This document shows, piece by piece, positions 59,415-64,000 of a stretch of DNA of 64,000 bases (position 1 is its first letter; every line of letters starts with the position of its first letter). Position numbers and translations under genes: made by a program. Source of the stretch: an uncultured Gemmatimonadota bacterium (GTDB taxonomy: Bacteria; Gemmatimonadota; Gemmatimonadetes; Palauibacterales; Palauibacteraceae); the NCBI GenBank assembly GCA_964627425.1, contig CAZVIY010000007.1, positions 63,510 through 127,509 on the forward strand, read 5' to 3'. Below the pieces are notes generated by a model. That model was not told the origin of the DNA. It ran no database searches and worked only from the letters and a program-made list of their open reading frames with translations.

Positions 59415-60263
59415 TCAGACTGAAACTCGGTCCTTTTCCTGCTCTCCGAGCCTTTGACCCAATAGCTCGAGAAACCGAGCCACCGGGAAGTCGAAGCTCT
59501 CCGCGAATTCACGGGCGGCCCCTGCGGTGAGGCGGGACGCTCCAGTCTCCAGTCTCCGGACCTGCCGTTCGCCCAGCCCGGAAATGTCCTTCTGGCGAAG
59601 TCCCCTCTCCTCCCGCATGGCCCGGAGGACGGCACCCGTATCCTCCTCGGCGATGCGCTCGATCTCCACGTCGGCCAGGTAGGTCGGATCCAACGCCTGC
59701 AACAGCGACGAGACTCCGAGATCCACGTCCATCTCGGGCCAGCGCAGGTAAGAGCCATCGGGGTCGATCTCGAATTCCTGGAGCGCTTCCCTTCCGCGGT
59801 CAGCGAGGGAGGGCACCTGGTCTCTCGGAAACGACCGCACGGTCAAATCTCCGAGTACGAGCACGAGCTCGTCACCGACGGCGTACGCGTCAACGATCCC
59901 CTCTTCGGGTAGCTGCCTCTTCTGGGCAACCAGGAGGCGTCTGAGGGCCCCGGCGTCGCGGGTCACATGCAGCCTCTGATCCGGCTTGTGGAGCCGCAGG
60001 AGGGTGGGAAGCCGCATGAGGGCGGGAACGGGCACGTCGGTGAAGACCAGATAGAACGTCTCGGTGTCGACCCATTCCGGGACCGGGCCTTCTGGATGCC
60101 GGATGATCTCCGACGCCGTGGCCACAACGACGCCTCCAGCCTCCACATCCTCGCTCAGGCCCCGGTCGAGGAGCGGACGGAGCTGCTCCGGTAGATCCGC
60201 CAGCTCGCGAGCGATCGCGCTCGTCCAGAGGCGCGGGCCCGGGGAAGGGTTCCTCCTACTCAT
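59415..60263 (-). CDS. DUF2442 domain(s) fused to a C-terminal XRE-type HTH
   Basis: A central segment matches DUF2442 (IVDAYAVGDELVLVLGDLTVRSFPRDQVPSL...LQEFEIDPDGSYLRWPEMDVDLGVSSLL), with a possible degenerate second copy N-terminal to it. The C-terminus is an HTH (LRAMREERGLRQKDISGLGERQVRRLETGASRLTAGAAREFAESF). Confidence 0.55.
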   Translation of the reverse strand: MSRRNPSPGPRLWTSAIARELADLPEQLRPLLDRGLSEDVEAGGVVVATASEIIRHPEGPVPEWVDTETFYLVFTDVPVPALMRLPTLLRLHKPDQRLHVTRDAGALRRLLVAQKRQLPEEGIVDAYAVGDELVLVLGDLTVRSFPRDQVPSLADRGREALQEFEIDPDGSYLRWPEMDVDLGVSSLLQALDPTYLADVEIERIAEEDTGAVLRAMREERGLRQKDISGLGERQVRRLETGASRLTAGAAREFAESFDFPVARFLELLGQRLGEQEKDRVSV

Positions 60264-60363
60264 CGGGAGCTACGTTTCCAGATCGCACCCGGGGACATCG
60301 AAGCACACGACCCTGGGCACGGTACCCTAGCCGGACTGCCGCCGTTCACGAGATGACGCGAGC

Positions 60364-60591
60364 TCATCCGGTCGGTGGATGGGGATCGTGCCCATAGGAG
60401 CGCCGATCACGAATTCGGCCGTCCCGACCGTGGACCAGGAGCTCCGCGCCCTGGTTCTTCGCGATGCGGCGTGCGGCCCGGATCGCCTCCTCCTGGGTGG
60501 CGAAGCGCCGCGTGTCGCGGCGGCTCCCCTCCTTCCGCACCGCCCACTCTCCCTTGCGAGGGACGACGTGCTGATTCGGGCTTCGAGCCAT
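60364..60591 (-). CDS. DUF2188 domain protein
   Basis: QHVVPRKGEWAVRKEGSRRDTRRFATQEEAIRAARRIAKNQGAELLVHGRDGRIRDRRSYGHDPHPP is collinear with DUF2188 family members. Confidence 0.65.
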   Translation of the reverse strand: MARSPNQHVVPRKGEWAVRKEGSRRDTRRFATQEEAIRAARRIAKNQGAELLVHGRDGRIRDRRSYGHDPHPPTG

Positions 60592-60612
60592 CAGGGTTCC
60601 CCAGCTTTCTCG

Positions 60613-60656
60613 AGCGACCGGACACCTTCGTTATTTAAATTACAATACATGTCCGG
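60613..60656. other. Perfect 9-bp inverted repeat GACCGGACA...TGTCCGGTC flanking a 25-nt AT-rich spacer (stem-loop; a possible terminator for the DUF2188 gene, or an operator)
   Basis: Read at 60611-60660: agcgaccggacaccttcgttatttaaattacaatacatgtccggtcaagg. Confidence 0.5.
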
Positions 60657-60887
60657 TCAAGGGTCCGTGGCCAGGGGCGCGTAATGGGCGACGGGATCAG
60701 ATGAGCCACTGGGGTTGACTTCCGGTTGATTGCTTGGCCCAGAGTGCCGGCAGACCCTCAGTCTTGCATCAGCTGATGCCTTAACATTGGCGAACCGGGT
60801 CGACAAGACCGGGTAGAAATGGATCGACTACAGCGGGCGCGCTTTCTTCACGCTGAGGGGTAGGACGCTCAGGAGGCGGAGGGTGAG

Positions 60888-61103
60888 ATGGATCCTCTAT
60901 CTGAGCTCAAAGAGCTCACTGCGAGCGAGCGCTTACAACTCGTGCAGGATCTCTGGGACAGCATCGCCGCTGAACCCAACTCGGTCTCGGTTACAGAGGC
61001 CCAGAAGGAAGAGCTCGACCGACGTTTTGATGCCCACCCAACCGACGACCGGGATGACATCTCCTGGTCAGAAGTGAGGGAACGCCTCCAGGATGAATCG
61101 TGA
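60888..61103 (+). CDS. Putative addiction module antitoxin (TIGR02574-like)
   Basis: MDPLSELKELTASERLQLVQDLWDSIAAEP...TEAQKEELDRRFDAHPTDDRDDISWSEVRERL. A GGAGG RBS lies upstream. Confidence 0.6.
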   Translation: MDPLSELKELTASERLQLVQDLWDSIAAEPNSVSVTEAQKEELDRRFDAHPTDDRDDISWSEVRERLQDES

Positions 61104-61216
61104 ATCGGCCGGTCCGCTCCGGCCGGAAGCCGAACATGAGATCCGGGAAGCATTCCGGCACGGCGCTACAATCTGATTGCTGTCGATGGGGTAGCCCAAG
61201 AACGGATAGTTTACGA

Positions 61217-61528
61217 ATGGTGATCGTCCGATCAGTGCACGACGTTCCGATCCGACTTACCCGGGAGCGTTGGGAACACATCGCGGGTAGACATCCGGAA
61301 ATGAGAGGCCAACGCAATCGGGTTCTTGAAACTGTCGCAGAGCCTGACCTCATCCAGCAGGGAGACGGTGGGGAGCTTCTTGCCGTGCGGCGATTTCCGG
61401 ACACACCTTTGACGGAGAAGTACCTCGTCGTTCCCTACCGCAAAACAGAGCCGGGCGACGGCTTCATCATCACCGCGTACCTGACGAACCAACCCTCCAC
61501 TCGGAGACCGGTGCTATGGAAGCGTTGA
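61217..61528 (+). CDS. DUF4258-like protein (putative toxin partner of DUF2283); possible alternative GTG start at 61100 overlapping the upstream antitoxin stop
   Basis: MVIVRSVHDVPIRLTRERWEHIAGRHPEM...AEPDLIQQGDGGELLAVRRF...KYLVVPYRKTEPGDGFIITAYLTNQP. Its 3' end overlaps the start of the DUF2283 gene by 13 nt. The 61100 start would add 39 low-complexity residues. Confidence 0.5.
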   Translation: MVIVRSVHDVPIRLTRERWEHIAGRHPEMRGQRNRVLETVAEPDLIQQGDGGELLAVRRFPDTPLTEKYLVVPYRKTEPGDGFIITAYLTNQPSTRRPVLWKR

Positions 61529-61737
61529 AGATCCTCGACAAACCGCGATCCATTACCTGGGAGTACGATGAGGAAGGAGACGTACTCTATCTTTCCGTTG
61601 GTGAGCCTAAACCAGCGGTAAGCGTCGATTTAGGAGAAGGTATCATCGCTCGATACGATCAGGAGTCCCGCGAGGTCGTCGGCATTACTGTCCTCGGGCT
61701 ACGCGAGCGACTTGTGAACGAGCTGGAGGAGGCATAG
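61516..61737 (+). CDS. DUF2283 domain protein
   Basis: ITWEYDEEGDVLYLSVGEPKPAVSVDLGEGIIARYDQESREVVGITVLGL has the canonical DUF2283 pattern. Confidence 0.7.
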   Translation: MEALKILDKPRSITWEYDEEGDVLYLSVGEPKPAVSVDLGEGIIARYDQESREVVGITVLGLRERLVNELEEA

Positions 61738-61876
61738 CTCGGTTTTCCCGACCACTGTCGACCAACACCAGTTGGACGACATTGTGAATAGGCACCGGAA
61801 ATGAGGAATCGGTACCAGGTTGAAGCTGCGATGATAGCTAGGCGCATCCTCCAGTGAACTACAACTGGAGGGCCGC

Positions 61877-62209
61877 ATGGATTACCAGAAAGTCATCGCC
61901 GTGCTACTGAATCAGGAGCAGTTTGGTGAGGCGGAGCTCTCAGCAGCTCTCAACGTACCGCTAACTCGCATGCTCCAGCCGTTCATGAGCGAAGGCTCTG
62001 ACGGCTATGCCGAACCGCCGGACGGCTGGAGGGACGCCCTAGCAAACTTGGTGGAGGAAAAGGCGACAGCGTATCAGGTAGACAAGTTTCTAAAATCACT
62101 GGCCTCCGAAGCTGAGTCATCTCCCAGAGTTTCAGACATCCAGCCTGAAAAAAAGGACCGGGCAGAGCACCTCTATACGCTCGCTCGGATCATCAGAGAC
62201 GCCGACTAG
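61877..62209 (+). CDS. Hypothetical protein (110 aa), low-GC
   Basis: An ORF in the low-GC island with no recognisable domain. It is followed by a GCCGAC-TAGA-GTCGGC hairpin that includes its stop codon. Confidence 0.35.
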   Translation: MDYQKVIAVLLNQEQFGEAELSAALNVPLTRMLQPFMSEGSDGYAEPPDGWRDALANLVEEKATAYQVDKFLKSLASEAESSPRVSDIQPEKKDRAEHLYTLARIIRDAD

Positions 62210-62834
62210 AGTCGGCAGCCCCATTCCACCTCATTCAGCCGTCATCAAGGCTTTCCGCAGCCAGGAACCTGGGCGTCCCTCACCGCGAACTTCAGCGAGT
62301 TGGACCGGATGTTCCTAGCGACCACGGCACGTAGCTAAATTCCGGTGACTGCGTACCAATCTCGTAGAGATTCGGTACTGCATAGAAATGCAACTGCCCC
62401 ACTCAACTGACACAGTCTAAGTTGAACCGTCACAACCTATCTCGGAGCAGGGCTCCTCCTGAGCCTCATGTAGGAGCCTCCTGCGTGGCAGGCATGGCAT
62501 CGACCGATCCCGTCCTACACCTCTCATTCACTGGCTTGGGGGGGTTATTAGATAGGACGGCTCAAGTACCATCCCCCACCTCGCGATGCGCGTTGATCAC
62601 AGTCGCGCCGTCGCAAAACGCCGCCTCCTCAACAGTCGCGTACAGCGGAAGTCAGGCACTTCGCCTTCAAAGTACAATATCTGAGAATAAGTAGAGTCAT
62701 GATTCGATCTACAGTATCGCATTCCACTGCTTGGCAAAGGCTAACGCGAGGACCCGCTGTCTTCCCACATCCGCATCAGCTAGTCTTGTATTTCTTCTCT
62801 GAAGGTACCGTCCATCAAAGGGGGGCTACTGGTA

Positions 62835-64000
62835 ATGAGCGAGCCTGAATCCTTCGACGGAGGTAATCCAACCGCCCTTCGTGTTGACGCGCCTCTTGCA
62901 CATCCGTCTCAGGATCGCCTTGGGAGGAGCCCCTTCGCACGAGCACTTGCGGATGCAATAGCGGACATTCCGGCTGAAGAGAGCTTCGTTTTTGGCCTGC
63001 AGGGGCCATGGGGTGCTGGGAAGACGTCAGTAATCAACTTCGTGCTTGCATACCTACGGGAATCAGAGGGAGAGGCGCCTCCTATCCTTCCGGTTCAATT
63101 CAACCCGTGGTGGTTTTCTGGAACTGAGGACCTACTACGCCAGTTCTTCGCTCAGATTCTTGCAGCTCTCAACGAACAGTCGAAGGGTGACAAGTATGAA
63201 AGCTTGGTGGAGCATCTTCGGCTCTTCTCAGCACTGCTTTCTCCAGCCGAATTCATACCGGCGGTGTCTGTTCCCGCACAGCTACTCAAAGGAGCTGTAG
63301 ACTGGAGTTCAGAGAAATTTGGGGTAGCAGCAGAGCGCGAGCGAGATATCCATAAAATTCGAGACAACATCGATCAGATATTATTATCAGAAAGCATCCG
63401 GCTCTTAATCGTAATTGATGATTTGGATCGCTGTTCCGGTAAGGAAATCCGCCAGATGATGCAACTTGTCAAAGCGATCGCCGACTTCCCCAATACGATT
63501 TATTTGCTGGCCTATGAACACTCCGCCGTTTCCTCAGCGTTAAGTGTGCCTTCGCAGAACCGCGGGGAAGAGTTCTTGGCGAAGATCGTCCAGGCTCCCT
63601 TTGACCTTCCTCCATGCAATAAAATCTCACTGCGCAGGCTCCTCGTTGAGGAGCTCAACGCGCTGATTGCCGATACACCTGACGAGCTTTTCGATAACCG
63701 TCAATGGCAAAACATCTTCTATGATGGCTTGGAAGCACTTTTAACCACCCCCCGTGATCTCACACGATTTCTAAATGCAGTCCGTGCAACGTATCCGGCC
63801 GTTCGCGATGAAGTCGAAGCCGCTGATTTCTTGGGCATTCAAGCACTTCGAGTGTTTGCACCAGATTTTCACCGGGAAGTTGCCAATTCCAAGACGCTAC
63901 TCACAGGCACGGTTAGAGCTGGGCAGGAAGCAAGGGATCGTCTTCGCGAAGGCTATGATGAGCTATCGAGGTTACTGCCTGAGGAGAGTAAGCAGCCAAT
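62835..64000 (+). CDS. KAP-family P-loop NTPase, N-terminal about 388 aa; continues beyond window end
   Basis: Hand-translated from ATG 62835: MSEPESFDGGNPTALRVDAPLAHPSQDRLGRSPFARALADAIADIPAEESFVFGLQGPWGAGKTSVINFVLAYL... LLIVIDDLDRC ... with Walker A GPWGAGKTS and a KAP-type Walker B. An in-frame stop lies upstream at 62781. GC content is about 50%. Confidence 0.75.
   Translation, partial: MSEPESFDGGNPTALRVDAPLAHPSQDRLGRSPFARALADAIADIPAEESFVFGLQGPWGAGKTSVINFVLAYLRESEGEAPPILPVQFNPWWFSGTEDLLRQFFAQILAALNEQSKGDKYESLVEHLRLFSALLSPAEFIPAVSVPAQLLKGAVDWSSEKFGVAAERERDIHKIRDNIDQILLSESIRLLIVIDDLDRCSGKEIRQMMQLVKAIADFPNTIYLLAYEHSAVSSALSVPSQNRGEEFLAKIVQAPFDLPPCNKISLRRLLVEELNALIADTPDELFDNRQWQNIFYDGLEALLTTPRDLTRFLNAVRATYPAVRDEVEAADFLGIQALRVFAPDFHREVANSKTLLTGTVRAGQEARDRLREGYDELSRLLPEESKQP

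Noticed and set aside
61100-61216. Extending the DUF4258 gene to the GTG at 61100
   Set aside because: Not fully rejected. The added 39 residues (NRPVRSGRKPNMRSGKHSGTALQSDCCRWGSPRTDSLR) are low-complexity and unlike the family N-terminus, so the ATG at 61217 is preferred. The GTGA coupling with the upstream antitoxin keeps the longer form plausible.
62422-62694. 90-aa ORF in the gap upstream of the KAP NTPase gene
   Set aside because: No RBS, odd Ser/Ala-rich composition, and it lies in an otherwise non-coding AT-richer spacer. It is probably spurious.

Overview
This is a high-GC (roughly 70%) chromosomal segment that looks actinobacterial (EgtD, dodecin, DoxX, PafBC-like regulators, a RecA intein of the Mycobacterium tuberculosis type). 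It is dense with conserved housekeeping genes and ends in a low-GC accessory island that runs off the window. Genes, in order: a partial OpuC-like ABC ATPase divergent from egtD; the NAD(P) transhydrogenase operon pntAA-pntAB-pntB and a dodecin; a doxX / O-methyltransferase / dsbA-like operon; a CMD-family gene divergent from an Upf1-like SF1 helicase; a translationally coupled dtd / LOG-like / zinc-ribbon / threonine aldolase operon; recA interrupted by two LAGLIDADG inteins, then recX and alaS; a SIS (GmhA-like) gene, an SDR gene, cca, rarA, hflX, a DUF2520 gene, pdxJ, a flippase-like membrane protein, and ispE overlapping tRNA-Gln(UUG); a secreted amidohydrolase and a PQQ sugar dehydrogenase; a GntR-controlled locus (mmsA, omega-aminotransferase, DUF3311-like, Na+/solute symporter, Tat-amidohydrolase, DmpA/BapA-like peptidase) that looks like beta-amino-acid or beta-peptide catabolism; a conserved hypothetical; a Big_2 / HExxH lipoprotein; two tandem HTH-WYL regulators (PafB/PafC-like); a VapBC-like toxin-antitoxin (TA) pair; a type IA topoisomerase with C-terminal repeats; an XRE regulator plus an unknown protein; DinB; and a histidine kinase / lipoprotein / REC-HD-GYP unit. 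From about 58.2 kb GC content drops. That region carries a PIN/AbrB TA pair, a DUF2442-HTH fusion, DUF2188, a TIGR02574-antitoxin / DUF4258 / DUF2283 three-gene module, and a KAP-family P-loop NTPase that is cut off at the window edge. It looks like a TA-rich defence or accessory island. No CRISPR array, rRNA, transposase or integrase was seen. The points most worth follow-up are the double-intein recA, the PafBC-like pair, the low-GC island with its unusual TA architectures, and the beta-aminopeptidase catabolic locus. Many long ORFs in the six-frame track are antisense or out-of-frame artefacts of the high GC content and were discarded.
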